Shown here in pieces: positions 115,620 through 128,280 of a stretch of DNA of 248,000 nt (its first letter is position 1; the number at the start of each line of letters is the position of its first letter). The DNA lies in contig VRVR01000021.1 of assembly GCA_009859145.1 (NCBI GenBank), positions 20,001-268,000 on the forward strand. The letters run 5' to 3'. This DNA comes from Andalucia godoyi And28 (Eukaryota; Protista; Jakobida). Under the pieces are notes generated by a model. That model saw only the letters and a list, made by a program, of their open reading frames with translations, had not been told where the DNA came from and did no database searches. Position numbers and translations under genes: made by a program.

Positions 115620-118082
115620 ATGTCTTCAGCCTCTGGGAGTGAAGATTCATACGGAAACCAGCAGTATCGTTCCATGGATGCACTTGAGCTTGATGACGGC
115701 ATGGGCGAGGCACACGATCTGATTTCACCGTCCTCCTCTCCACGGGAACAGAACATTTCCGGACGTGTGCAGAATGCATCCACCGGCCCGCACATTCATG
115801 ACACTTACATGGACTCCAGTGAAATCGTCGATCAGCTGAACGTCTCGAGAGCCTATGCGGATAAACTGCAAAAGAAAGTACAGCAGCAAGCTTCCAAGCT
115901 GGTAGAGTGTCAGCAACGCATTCAAGACATGGAAGAGAAGTTTTCCGGCGCTAAAATCAGCTCAGTCAGTGTTGAGTTGCGTAAAGGCAAGGTCACCGGC
116001 GGAGGATCTGGAAACTTTGCACCAAGCGAGATCGCTCGTCTCCAGAACATGATTCGGGATAGAGAGGCTCTCATGGAAAAACTGGAGAAAGAAGCCCGAA
116101 CAGCCGAGAAGAGATGCGATGAATTCGCTAAACGGATCAGGGACTTGAAAAAGACAGCTGAAGATGCACAGAAAGAAGCGTCGTTGTGGAGAAAAAGAGC
116201 GAAGATACTTCAGGATGAGAAAGAAAACAAAGTTGACGACGAGCGACAGGAAAGCGATCTGGTCAGAGTTGCAGACATGGAAAAAGAGCAGGTATTTCGT
116301 TCAAAAATTAAGTATTTGGAACAGTTGGTGAATTCTAAGGAGAGCGATTTGGCAAACGTTCGTGAACGACTGAGAATCGTTGAGAAAGGCATTTCTAAGA
116401 ACGCTCAAGATGGAGATCCGTATCTTGCCTCTATCCAGGTAGCAGAATGGAAAGGAAAGTACGAAGCTCTTCAAGAAAATTTCGAAGCAGAGAAGCAAGA
116501 ACGTGAGAGAGTCTCCACAATGTTCGACCAGAAGAAACGTGAGTTGGCGGCATCAGAAGCACGAGTTCGTGAATTTGATTCCACGTTTCGACAGATCACG
116601 CAGCAGATTCAGAATAGTGGAACCGGAAGTAACGCGACTGTGTCTGCTTCTGTTGAGACTGTATTAGCGTGGAAACAGCAATTGGACTCCATGTCTTCGT
116701 ATGTGCGTGATGCTGCACAGCTTCGCGTCCGGCACGAAGAATTGTTGCAGAAATATGAACAGTGCCGATCGGAATTAGAAGAACAGCAGTCCCTTCACTC
116801 GGAGCTTCTGGAGGCTCTCAGAGATTACAAATCAAAGGCGGAGCACGTGGAGGATGTTGAACGCGTCAATCAGGACCGTGCTCTTTTGATTACAAAACTG
116901 CAAGCTGACCTGTCTGGATTGCAAACTCAAGATGAGGAAGTAACGAAACTTAGATTGGAAACTGAAAGACTCAGAGCTGAGCGAGACGAATTCGAAGCCT
117001 CACTGCGAGAAATGTCCAACGAAATGGACAGAGTTGAGGCAGAATCCCTTCATGCTGTCAACCTCCGCAAAGAGTTTGAAACTTTTAAGAGTCAGTTCGA
117101 ACGAATTGTGCAGGAGAAGGCTTCAGAAAAACGGATTCTTTCTGAGGAGATTGCCCAGCTAAAGCAACGACGGGATTCCGAAAATGAAGACTCAGCATCG
117201 TATGTTGCAGATCTTGAAGACAAGATTGCTACTCTGAATAATGAAGCCGAAGCCATGGAGATTGAACTGCAGGAAAAAGAGCGATCTTTAAAAGAATTTG
117301 AGCGTGAACTTGCAACGACGCGCCAGGAATCCATCAAAATGCGAAACGAATATGAAGATGTGATTCAATCCTTGAAAGAGAGGTTGTCATCGCTGGAGTC
117401 GGACGGAAGGGAACACTGGCATACACAATGGTCTCGAAGCGAAGAACTACGCGGCGAACTGCGAGCGATGTACGATCAGGTATGCCGCGAAAAGAGTGCA
117501 TTGGAGATGCGTTATGCAGAATTGAGATATGAGTTTCAGATGATGCAGTTGCATTACGGAATTCAGCCGTCAGATGAACCTTCCACGCCTCCAGTCTTGA
117601 GCTCCGTCAAACGAAGCGGCCTGTCTCCTACGAGGAATGCTGTGTCTCGGTCAGTGCCGGTTCGGAATGAGGATGAACTGCTTCGATACTTTGAATCTTC
117701 TGGTCCGCTGACTGAAATGGAGAGTGGCATGCAGCTACACAAATCCCTGTCCCACAATGTCGCCCCTGTGGATGATATATTGGAACTGAGTTCAGATGAA
117801 GAAGGACATCTTGCAGAACTTGATGACGGGTACTCGGAGACGTCTACTGACACCGTTTCCCTGCAACAGAAAGAAATCGAGAATTTGCAAGAGTCCCTTG
117901 CTCTGTCAAATGCAGCGCGAGCCCTGGTGCAAGGTGAATTGCAAAATTTGGCCTCGGAATCGGACAATGCGACCTTGGAAACAGTTGCCGAGACGGGCTT
118001 GCACCCTGCAGAAGATGTGCACAAGTCAAGTTTGCAGCAGCGGCTGGAGAGAGTCCGACGCACATTGTTAGGACGGTCTTGA
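115620..118082 (+). CDS. Long coiled-coil protein
   Basis: Heptad-rich composition. Confidence 0.7.
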   Translation: MSSASGSEDSYGNQQYRSMDALELDDGMGEAHDLISPSSSPREQNISGRVQNASTGPHIHDTYMDSSEIVDQLNVSRAYADKLQKKVQQQASKLVECQQRIQDMEEKFSGAKISSVSVELRKGKVTGGGSGNFAPSEIARLQNMIRDREALMEKLEKEARTAEKRCDEFAKRIRDLKKTAEDAQKEASLWRKRAKILQDEKENKVDDERQESDLVRVADMEKEQVFRSKIKYLEQLVNSKESDLANVRERLRIVEKGISKNAQDGDPYLASIQVAEWKGKYEALQENFEAEKQERERVSTMFDQKKRELAASEARVREFDSTFRQITQQIQNSGTGSNATVSASVETVLAWKQQLDSMSSYVRDAAQLRVRHEELLQKYEQCRSELEEQQSLHSELLEALRDYKSKAEHVEDVERVNQDRALLITKLQADLSGLQTQDEEVTKLRLETERLRAERDEFEASLREMSNEMDRVEAESLHAVNLRKEFETFKSQFERIVQEKASEKRILSEEIAQLKQRRDSENEDSASYVADLEDKIATLNNEAEAMEIELQEKERSLKEFERELATTRQESIKMRNEYEDVIQSLKERLSSLESDGREHWHTQWSRSEELRGELRAMYDQVCREKSALEMRYAELRYEFQMMQLHYGIQPSDEPSTPPVLSSVKRSGLSPTRNAVSRSVPVRNEDELLRYFESSGPLTEMESGMQLHKSLSHNVAPVDDILELSSDEEGHLAELDDGYSETSTDTVSLQQKEIENLQESLALSNAARALVQGELQNLASESDNATLETVAETGLHPAEDVHKSSLQQRLERVRRTLLGRS

Positions 118083-118562
118083 CCGCTGGCAAGCAAACTA
118101 CATCGCGTTTTCTAGACATGTCCCAACTTGCTATAGTAACCCACTCTTTCGTTTTTACCCTACCTTATCCCACTCTCAGCCGAAAATTTCAGACAATTCC
118201 ATTCCGATCGCCTTTTTTCATTCACACAAGTTCATCGGCATTCATTCGCCGGGAAGTTCATCCAACAGAAAGGACCCCCTCACGCTCACAGTTCTAAACT
118301 TCCGTCACATCTGGATCGAGATTGGAAGAGCGCGCGCAATATCCCTTTTGAAGAACGCCTCGGCGCATTGGGACCCACCCCTTCTGAATTGAATTCACAT
118401 TCGGTTCCGATGCAAGAGCGCATATGAATGGTCCGCAATGATCAGCCCATACGTCGTGTACAAATGTTGGCGTATTGACATGCATGCAATGACATTCAAC
118501 TAGCATTTACCATTGAGCACAGGGCCCCGACACTGGTTCAGACTTTACAACTCTGTCGCGAA

Positions 118563-120323
118563 TTATCGAAGATATCCAGGTCTTTCAATTGTAATATTAA
118601 ATGATTTTCGAACCCAAGGGACATCAACATTATGGGAACCAGGACCAACCACCTCTTCAGTCTTGAGAGGATCGGAAAACCTCGAAGCCGCGCTGCCAAA
118701 CTGTCCTCGGCCCTCAGCTGTTTTCGTGTTCGCATTTGCAGAAGAAAAGTCTTTCCGAAGAGAGTATTGTCCAGGGCCAGGCATTTCCGAAGCTTCCCGG
118801 CTACCACGGAGAGACGCAGGGCCGAACCTGGGAGAAGTCGAAGTGAAAGCACTCTTCGACGGAGGAGAAGCGCGCCTAACAGGTTCACTGTCGTAGGAAC
118901 CAGGACCGGGAAAATGCTCTGCACGCTTCAAATCTCCTCCATACGTGTTGCGATCTGAACGAGAAACAAATACAGCCGATTTTCTTTGCTGCACTCGAAT
119001 ACGGTCAGGATGTGTGTCCACAATCGGGTTGTAGGACCCAGGAGAAGGCCCGCTAGACCTTGAAACTTCCTCATTATGATCAAACCGAGAAGATGTCGCG
119101 CCAAAAGCACCAAACCGTCCATGAGTGCGCTTTTTGGCTAGAGCAGCCATGGACATCGTTTCGGGGTTGTAGTACGAAAGAGGAGCAGAGGCGGCATCAC
119201 TTTGAGGAACAGAAGCGAACCGCAGCGTTCCGGTCGCAAATCCGATACCAGGTCTGGAAAATGATCGATCCTTCTTTCCGGAATTGCTATCGAGCGTCGC
119301 TCCAGCGGAAAGATACGCTCCAGGACCGGGCATGGAGATGCGCTCGGAGTCAACCAATGTAGAATCACGCACAGATGTTGAACCAAAGCACTGAAGATGT
119401 TCGGCACGATGCTGAACGCGGAAAGCTCCGGGGATTTCATAAGAACCAGGCCCAGGAGCAGTCTCTGCCGCCTTGATTTTCCGACTTGACGAATGCTGCG
119501 CTGACTGAGGTCGGACAAATGCAGCAGAAGGGCGCAGTGAGTCGAGATTTCCAGCAGTGATCCGCGAAGGAGGATCATACGAACCCGGTCCCGGAGACTT
119601 GGACTTCCCATCACCACCAGTAAAGATCACCCGATTGTCGTGAACGTTTCCGACAACGAGAGCTTTTGGATCAACAACACCCTCAAGACTCTGCCCAAGC
119701 TTTGACGTCGTGATTTTCGGAGGAGCAAATGAAAAGCCTGACTTGGACCATTTAGACTGGGGATCGGGAACCGGTTCTTCCAGCTTTGTTTCAGTCGGCT
119801 TCTGCATGATCAGCTCTCCAGATGGTCCTTCTTCGTATCCGAAACACTGATGCCTGGCAGGAACAGAAGGCGCACTTGGAACTTTAATCCACTGAAGAGT
119901 CGCATGAGAGTCTGGAATCCTGTCTTTCATTGATTGCTTTGGAGCCCATGAATCTGGTAAAACATAGGAACCGGGTCCTAAAGCGCTCGGCGTTGACTTG
120001 GAAACCTCGGTGGTGTGGCCGTTGGAATGAGACTTGAAAACAGAGCCATAGCCAGCTCCGTGAGAAGAGAAGGCAGAAGGGAGGTCATGCGATCCGGGAC
120101 CTGGTGTGTGCAATGAAGTCACAGCAGCATTAGGACCGAAGTCTCGCTTGGAAGTACTCGAGAACGGTGCCAGGGAATGGGTGTGCTGGGGGTTTCTCGA
120201 CGAATCGCCGGTCTTTGAGAACGCAGACGGAAAATCATAAGCTCCGGGCCCAACAGACGGGCTAGAGCTCGCCGCAATAAGCGACGTATTCCGAGATGAT
120301 CTCGAGGTAAACGCCATAATCAA
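118563..120323 (-). CDS. Sperm-tail PG-rich repeat protein (STPG2-like)
   Basis: Repeated PGPGSY/PGPGAY with FGST..RF. Confidence 0.8.
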   Translation of the reverse strand: MIMAFTSRSSRNTSLIAASSSPSVGPGAYDFPSAFSKTGDSSRNPQHTHSLAPFSSTSKRDFGPNAAVTSLHTPGPGSHDLPSAFSSHGAGYGSVFKSHSNGHTTEVSKSTPSALGPGSYVLPDSWAPKQSMKDRIPDSHATLQWIKVPSAPSVPARHQCFGYEEGPSGELIMQKPTETKLEEPVPDPQSKWSKSGFSFAPPKITTSKLGQSLEGVVDPKALVVGNVHDNRVIFTGGDGKSKSPGPGSYDPPSRITAGNLDSLRPSAAFVRPQSAQHSSSRKIKAAETAPGPGSYEIPGAFRVQHRAEHLQCFGSTSVRDSTLVDSERISMPGPGAYLSAGATLDSNSGKKDRSFSRPGIGFATGTLRFASVPQSDAASAPLSYYNPETMSMAALAKKRTHGRFGAFGATSSRFDHNEEVSRSSGPSPGSYNPIVDTHPDRIRVQQRKSAVFVSRSDRNTYGGDLKRAEHFPGPGSYDSEPVRRASPPSKSAFTSTSPRFGPASLRGSREASEMPGPGQYSLRKDFSSANANTKTAEGRGQFGSAASRFSDPLKTEEVVGPGSHNVDVPWVRKSFNITIERPGYLR

Positions 120324-122684
120324 AATCGCCTACTAAGTTAAAATGGAATCTGATAATCCATATTCAGAATATCGATGCTTTAGAGCTTGGACGGTTGTTC
120401 TCTCTTTGAAATCTCGTCAGTTCCAAAAAGCACAGAAACCGTTTGCGACGGAGAATTGTCGGAGAATTTTCGATCCCCATCCCAGCAACTCCATTCACTA
120501 CGAAAGCTGGAGTGCAGTTCAGGATGTTCATTTTCTTGGTAATGTCACGGTACACACCCAACGAACTAACAAACAGCAGCCTTTGTTAGTCAATATACGG
120601 AGGGGCTCCCTGATGCAGACCAAGAGCAACAGCGAAAATGCCACGTGACAGTTGCAACAACAAAAAAAAAAAATTAACGGATTGTGGTCAGGAGTTCTTT
120701 AAAAATGAATGCCCAACAGTGCAGAAACGGGATCCTCTTTTAAACAAGAAGCACAAACCATTCTGCCAAAAGGTCGAATCTTCTAGGTTCAAACGCGCAC
120801 TTTCTGAGAAAAGCTCTTGATCCAAAAAGTCTGCTTCCGACACCAACCGACACTCTCCACATATACGAACGCAAGTATGAACACACAGAAGAAACACACT
120901 CTTTCGCTCTCATTCACGCGATGTATGTGCGGGTGAGACATGAGATGTTACTGGGAGGACAGAGTGACGTAAAAACAAGAATACTGAACTGCCGTTCCGG
121001 AACGCAAACAGCAAACCTCGTCGAAAAGCACTGTTAGCAATCCCGCGGTTGCTGACGCCCTGCTGGGAGACGGGGAGCACGTCGAAGTGCAAAGTCTGGT
121101 CAATAAAAACACTCGGGAACAGCAGGACGGAGCGGATGTCCCACAACAGGTTTTCAGAAAACAATACGGCAACAAAAATGGCACCACTCGAACTACTGCA
121201 CAAATAGGCGAAGTTGATCCGATGAAAGCCTGCGAGCAAGAGGCAGAACGCTGAATGTGCATGTCTATCATCGTCCATGTTTTTCCGACGGGGACAGCCA
121301 GCCTCGTTGAATACCTTTGGATGCCAAGGGATGCGCTAGCAGAAGAAAACCAATTTTGCCTGTCTCTCGGCTTCAACACGTAACACGATAATTCTGAATA
121401 CTTGCTGAGCGACGCGAACGCTGACCAGGTGCATAATGTGTCTGAGACCGAATCTGCAGCCAGTTTCACCTGAAACTTCAGACGAATCGCAATACAGATA
121501 CAAGTAGCTACGTTATCTGAGTGCACACAACAAAATGGTCTGTCTGCAGAGAGACGCGTCATAAGAATGAATCATAGAAAAAACTGCAACCGAGTTCCAT
121601 ATAAACAGAGAATGGTGGGGAAATGATGGGTGGAGCTGGACCCTAACAGAACACAACTTTTCCAGTGGGCTGATGCTTTTGGTGAGCAACGACGACTACG
121701 CACCTTTCACAGCGCATTCTCAAAAAAAAAAATCAAGAGAACGGCTTCCATTTTTCCTGAAAATGGCGCTTCTTTGTTGTAGAGCGTTCTTGGCGAACTC
121801 AATTGTAGATGATGCGCAAGACAAACGCACGGTGGAAAAGATTGGTTATGTTTCTGCAATTCAGAGACGCAGGAGAACCGTTCGTTCCGGTTTGGCGAAT
121901 GAACAAATGCTATGCAGTAAGAGGTTAATCATTTGTCCAGACCTGGTGCTTTTTTGTCCTTTTCGGTGTTTGTGACAGCCATGAGGCATTTGCTCCTAGC
122001 TGCGCTTCCATAACAGGGTGGTTCAAGAAACACAGGTCCGGTCTGTGGTGTTCAGTCTAACATCAGCCTCACCCCTGGTCTATGCGACCGTGAGAGCGGA
122101 GCCACGCGGATTATAATCCATCTCGCTTACAATAATGTCTGCTTTTGTTTTTGGAAGTTTGCTTGCAGCGTATTCAAGGCTTGTATAGATGGAAGTTTAA
122201 ATGCAAAGACGAGGTGGCTTACTGTCTACTCCTGCTGACGAACTGTCCCATGACTTGCTGACGTTTTTTTTTTTCAGCTGTCAGCTGCATGCTTTTTGAT
122301 TGAAAAGCAAAATTTACAGTTTCATTTGCTTTGTTCACGCGCTTTCCGATAGTTGCGTTTGATGGGTTGTTTTCTTTCATCGCTTTTTCGCACTATTGCC
122401 GTATGTCTCCTCGCTGTCTGTGTTCTCAGAACGATCTTGATGTGGCATCCAGTTGTGATGATTGTTTTCCAATTGGTGAAGTCTCCCGTTGGCGAGATCC
122501 GATCGATGACTGCTGTGACGTGTTCGTGCAGTTCCTCCTGTCGTGTAATTTCTCTTTAGACATGCATGGATGTCAACGGTGATTTGATAGACTTTGAGGT
122601 GACCGTTTGGGTTGGTGTTGAGAAACAGTGTCTCAACGGACTGCAGTCAACTCCGGCAGGGTACGATATCATGGTGATTTGTTG

Positions 122685-122755
122685 CGACGTATGGTGTCAC
122701 GTACGTACATTACGACGTACAGCATGACGTACGTCATGACTTTTTTATGACGTAT
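122685..122755. other. Dense ACGT-core cluster with a 16 bp palindrome
   Basis: Seven ACGT cores in about 70 bp, including CATGACGTACGTCATG. Confidence 0.6.
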
Positions 122756-123418
122756 GAGGTTTCAGAGGAACAGTACCCCGTCTTCATATTTAAGAAGTTG
122801 TTTGTTTATTTGGTTATTTGTTTGTTTTGTTTTTATCCATAATAAATCTTTTTGACACAAACTATCTTTTATTAGCGCTGGTTATATCATATATTGGACA
122901 TATTACAATAGTTGGTAGGTCCACTTATCCACACTGAAGCGAATCCTGACGCCACCGGTTTTCTCACGTTTGTGTGGATGGTCGGTTTGTTCAATTTTAC
123001 GTTTTTCTAACCGTTCCGTCAAAAGTTGAACGTCCGACTTGATCTCTGCTGCTATCGCATGACCCAAGAAGTTGTTCAAAATTCTAGACTTCCGGAGGTT
123101 CCGCATGAATTTTCCACGGGATTTTCTTAGACAGAGGCGAATCTCTGTTTTCATTTTCACGGGAAGCCCTTCCAGCTCTGCTTTCATAATGTCTGCTATC
123201 TCTATTACAAAAATGCTTGCCGTTTCCTAATATTTCTTGCTTGTTGTTTCTTCTGTAAATGCGATTGATTGCCGGACTTTTTGCCCACCCACCCTTCCCC
123301 CCTGCCCATTGCCAGGATCCGCGTCGCTTCTCCGTGAAGCCAGTCCTTTGTTTTGAAAAATATCCTGTTGTTGGTATTTCGATTGTATTCCTTCGTTGAT
123401 CGCAATTCACAGTCTGAA

Positions 123419-124991
123419 ATGTCATCCGGGAAACCTGCAGTGGTTGCGTCTGTTGCAACTCCCAAAAAGAAGTCCGTGGTATGTTCACCTCCTTTTGCTT
123501 GTTGCTTGTTTTCACCGACGCTAATTTGCTTTTCCACAGCCCGTTGTTATTTCGAAACGTGCCACTCCATCTCCGACATCGTCTGTCCCCGTGATCGTTG
123601 CAAGTCGGGGCAAGTCCCCTGTTCTTGACTCAAGTAGCCTGAATCGTAAACAGCGAGCTTCTCCTTCACAGAAGATCGCTGCCCGCGCAGAGTCGGATGC
123701 AGCTGCCGCTCACGAAAGTCGCACGTCTTCCGGACCTTCTCCTGTGAATGGCCCGGTTCGATTAGTGGATCCTTTCAATGATTTGATCCTTGATGAAACG
123801 GGACCTGAAATAGGTTTACAAGAAGATCCAGCAAGCGGCGACGTGTTTGGCGAGATTGTACGTAGAATGACGTCAGAGATGCAGAAGATGCTGCCACGCA
123901 TTGTTGAGGAAACTCTTGCAGACACCATTGTGAAGCGCCATCCTGTGTCGTCTGATACCGGCTCCGGAACTCCACGGGTTGCTGACTATCTTCCGGGAAA
124001 TTGGGATGCTTTGATGGCGCGTTTCCTTGCAGAGAAGCATCCAGAGCTTTTGCAACAACAAATACTTCTGCAGTCTTCAGTTGTCTCGCTCTCTGTTGCC
124101 GAAATGGCGTATCAACAGCCGCAATACCAACTACACCAGTCTTCACAAATGCCCGGAGATCTTTCCGAAAGTATGGCCTCTTCATTCCCTCCAAAGGCGT
124201 CTCCGTTGTCGCCTGTGACTGCGTCGTCTCGGTCCGTCAGATCCTTATTGTTTCGGTCCGCTCAGAAGCGCACTCTGCGATCTCGATCCTTCGCAGCGTG
124301 CCCGGATCCGACGACCCCTGCGAATCCTGCACATGTGCATAATGGTTGTGGTCCTGTCGGACATCACCGAGTTCCGTCGCTGGATTTGGAACGCGAGCTG
124401 GGACCCATTTCTGATCCCGAAAAGGTAATCACTTCATCGTATGCGGAAGATTGCCGAGCTCCTGCCCCTGATCCAGATAGCATGTTGTTTGGACATGGTC
124501 ACCACCAAGCGGCCTCTAATGCTGCGTCTCATCTTCCCAGAGAAGAGCGGAAGAAGAAACATGTTCGTCAACAGTCATCTCCCGGCGGCTCGAGTTCAAG
124601 CCTAGCCTTTTCTGCCTCCAGTAAGAGACGCATCGCGGATCCTTCTGACGACAGTTCCGTTGGCAGAGGTCTTTCGTATGAATCAGACCACCTTGCGGAT
124701 GTCCATGCAGAGTTTGGCCCAAGCGATGCGGCTGCTGCTGCGAATACTGACCGATATGAGCCTGTAATGCTGATTCCGGGACCTCCTCGATGGGAGCATG
124801 TGATGAAACCGCTTAATCTTGCGGCAGTACACAGTCCGTCTTGTTCAACTAACAGTTCACCTCTCGCCTCTCCAACCCCTCCGTTGAAGACGCTTCCTAA
124901 CCAATCCCTGCAATCACCCCGATCGGCATTTCATCCTCCGCTGTCTCGACGATCCAGTTCGTCTAGTTCTTCCAGCCCTCGTAAGCGTTGA
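123419..124991 (+). CDS. Hypothetical Ser/Pro-rich protein, one intron
   Basis: MSSGKPAVV..KKSV, GTATGT..CTAAT..CAG intron, then the 123591 frame. Confidence 0.55.
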
Positions 124992-125380
124992 AGTTTTGAG
125001 GATGCATTCGTGCGGACTCTTGTGCTCTGATGTTGCTGCATATGTATTTTTGAATGGTTTTTAATCATGTTTGTCTTGGGATGTTTCAAAATTATCGTCC
125101 CACTCCCCACACCTGTCGGTTTTGATTATCCAAGACGTGGGCTGGTTGGCCATTTCTTGGCGGGACTTTTACTTTCTTCTTTTTATTCTCTTCTTCTTCT
125201 TTTTTTTCTTGCCTCTATTATGTTAAACTACAGATTTTATCATCCTTCCTTACCTCCAATCCTGTGCAGCAGCAGCATGTTCAGGCACCGCAAGAAGCAC
125301 GACGAGCGTTTTGCAGAGCGCGGACTGGCGTCACGACGGGAACATTTTATGAACGAATTCAAAGATGCATTGCTACACAA

Positions 125381-125792
125381 CGCTTGCATTATACACTGAA
125401 CATGCATCCCGTTGCCGCGAAGGGGATCGGCCCCAACACGCCTCACGGCGCTCTTCAGATAAATGTTCCGCGCTCCGTTCCCAATCTCGATCAATCGGTG
125501 AGCCGCTTTCTCAGCGTGACACGTTGTTCCTGAGAAGGGTGCATTTTGATTCTGACGGTCTTAGCAGCAGGCGCTTTCGTGTCCTCAGTTGCAGCGATTG
125601 ATGCAACTGGAGATGCGAAAGGAAGAGGCGGTAGGCGTAGTGACACGCGGTCTCTGAGGAGGTCTGCGGGACCTAGGAGGCCCTGTATCACGAATTCCTG
125701 TGAAACAATACGTGCTAGTGTCGGCCAGTATTGACCGTGTCTGGTTATGGATACTTCCGTATGCATGAAAATGACGTGTTATTATTCAACGG
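125381..125792 (-). mobile_element. Fanzor2/IS607-like element, family Fz-A copy 2
   Basis: CCGTTGAATAAT left end; KTVRIKMHPSQEQRVTLRK fused to DRDW/NGARNIYLK; right end ATAATGCAAGCG with the hairpin deleted. Confidence 0.82.
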
Positions 125793-125976
125793 CAACAAGA
125801 TTGCCCAACTTTCGCTGTTCATCCATGTGGGAGACCTTATGCGGTCCCATCTGTTGTAATGTTTGGCCGAAAAATGGGGGTGCTGGAAGTTGCATGCTCA
125901 TCACGTTTTCTGTCAAAAGCCTCGACCGCGGTCTCGGTCCCGTTTTCTTGCTGTCATTCAGCATATCCCAACTCCA

Positions 125977-127539
125977 ATGGCACTCACTTCTGTCCAAGCG
126001 TTCAAGGGCCCTCTGGTGGCGGCTATCGATCAGGGCACGCAGTCTACCCGATTACTCGTTTTTGACTTGCACTCACTGTCTGTTGTTGCGTCTTCACAGT
126101 CCTCCATTACTCAGCATGTTCTGCAGCCTGGGTGGTGCGAACACGACCCTGTGGAATTGTTCTCCAGTGTTGCCGCCTGCATGAAGGATGTTGCAGAGGC
126201 CATGTCTGTTGTCCAAGTCCAGAGGATACGCTGCGTGGGAATTACAAACCAGCGTGAAACGACAGTCGCCTGGGACAAGATAACGGGACTGCCTTTGTGC
126301 AAAGCGATTGTCTGGCACGATACTCGAACCGCTTCTTTTGTGAGTGAACTGAAAGAGCGCGGATATGAATCGCTGATTCGAAGTCTCACCGGGCTTCCCG
126401 TTTCGACGTATTTTTCTGGACTCAAGATGCGCTGGATGCTTGAGAACGATCCCGAAGTTCGAAAAGCTGCCGATGAGCATCGTCTGGCCTTTGGAACTGT
126501 TGATTCGTGGCTAGTGTACAAGTTGACGGGAAAGCATGTTACAGATACATCCAACGCCAGTCGAACAATGCTAATGAACATTCATCACTGCAACTGGGAT
126601 GAGCAGCTGTTGAAATTGTTCGATGTACCCTTGAAATCGCTTCCGGAGATTATTCCTTCATGCTTTCACATGGAAACCGTCCGCATTTCACTCGAGAATT
126701 GCGCCTTTTCGTCAATACCGATTTCAGGCATTCTTGGGGACCAGCAGGCAGCTGCCCTTGGGCAGAACTGCCTCCTTCCTGGTGTTATCAAGAATACTTA
126801 TGGAACAGGATGTTTTATGATGTCTCACATCGGTCGAACACTGCCTCTCATGAACCACGATGACCCGTTGATTGCTACAGTCCATTTCAGTGTTGGAAAA
126901 AAGGAGAATGTGTATTTTGCATTGGAAGGTGCGGTTGCCTCTGCAGGCTCTTCGGTTTCTTGGCTCGTGGACAACATCAAGTTGATTGGGTCTCCTGCAG
127001 AATCGGAAGTGGTTGCTTCTTCTGTCCCCGATTGCGGAGATGTCTATTTTGTTCCGGCGCTTTCTGGATTGTTTGCGCCGTATTGGAAGCCAGATGCAAG
127101 GGGCTGTTGGGTTGGTCTTTCGCAGTACACGACTCGAAGCCATCTGGTTCGATCTGTATTGGAAGGGGTCGCCTTGCAGTGTGCTGCCATCATCCATTGC
127201 ATCCAATGCAAATGTGGGCAGGATGGAAAATCTCAGACTATGGTTCTTAAAGCCGACGGGGGAATGACCACAAACAGTTTGCTTATGCAGATGCAAGCTG
127301 ATTTTTCCGGAGTTGAGGTGGAATGTGCCAAAATGGCAGAGGCAACCGCTCTTGGTGTTGCACTGGCTTCGGCACTCGGATTTGGACTTTTTGATAGTAT
127401 TGAGCAAATTTCAGACGTGTTGACTGCTGCCAGTAATGAAATTCGCCGGTTTTCTCCGCGCACGAATGCAGAAGAGCGCACTTACAAACTCAGCCGATGG
127501 GAAGCTGCTGTTCACAGGTCATTTGATTGGAAGTCATGA
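125977..127539 (+). CDS. GK: Glycerol kinase
   Basis: AIDQGTQSTR, GITNQRETT, GDQQAA, KNTYGTGCF, ADGGMT. Confidence 0.95.
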   Translation: MALTSVQAFKGPLVAAIDQGTQSTRLLVFDLHSLSVVASSQSSITQHVLQPGWCEHDPVELFSSVAACMKDVAEAMSVVQVQRIRCVGITNQRETTVAWDKITGLPLCKAIVWHDTRTASFVSELKERGYESLIRSLTGLPVSTYFSGLKMRWMLENDPEVRKAADEHRLAFGTVDSWLVYKLTGKHVTDTSNASRTMLMNIHHCNWDEQLLKLFDVPLKSLPEIIPSCFHMETVRISLENCAFSSIPISGILGDQQAAALGQNCLLPGVIKNTYGTGCFMMSHIGRTLPLMNHDDPLIATVHFSVGKKENVYFALEGAVASAGSSVSWLVDNIKLIGSPAESEVVASSVPDCGDVYFVPALSGLFAPYWKPDARGCWVGLSQYTTRSHLVRSVLEGVALQCAAIIHCIQCKCGQDGKSQTMVLKADGGMTTNSLLMQMQADFSGVEVECAKMAEATALGVALASALGFGLFDSIEQISDVLTAASNEIRRFSPRTNAEERTYKLSRWEAAVHRSFDWKS

Positions 127540-128280
127540 AGAGTATTATTTTAAACGGAAGCATGCGTTTAGCATTTCCCCCTTTGATGTTCTTTTTTAT
127601 CGTCTCACCCACCATTCTTAACGGTTTTGGCCAGATTCGCCAGCATCGAAGCCGAACAAAACAACAAACAGAAAAACGAAAAAAAAAGAGAAGAAAGAAA
127701 ACAGAGCAGACGGAAACAAATACGGGCTTTCACGAGTTTGCCAATTCAAAAAAAGAACCAGGCAAATTCGTGGAACCGTGAGTGTCCCTCGTGATCGACA
127801 CTCCGCTATTGTTTGTGCTATGCGCTTCTCCATCATGACCATCAGCGTCGTCGTCGTCGTCTTCTTCCGTCCCATCAGACGTATCCTGCTCCCGACGCAA
127901 CCACTGCGGCCATTTGGGTCAATACGCATGGTTGCGGAGTTCGGGATCCTTCGTCTTTGAAAGGGGGAACCGTTCATGCCTGCAAGAACCATAGAGCTAA
128001 GGAACGAAGTGCTGGTGGAATACCAAAAAGGAAAAGATTGTGAGAGGAGCATTTCGTCTGCTGCGTGTCGGCGTCGCCAACGCGAAGGAAGAAACAAGAC
128101 CACGAAGAAAGAAAGATGGAAACCGAGGTTCCTGTTTGCACGGAGGCTCGTTCAAACCTTTTTTGTTCAAACGTATGTTTTATAAAATTAAATACTACAC
128201 TTGCTGTTACCTGTGGAGAGTGTGCGGAAAAACCGACAAGAGTGGTGGGTGGGACGATAACAAAAATACAAACCTCTTCC

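Noticed and set aside
122903-123515. LINE ORF1-like remnant (RRNN motif) in the AT-rich tract
   Set aside because: Only a 4-residue resemblance, with no reverse transcriptase or endonuclease motif nearby
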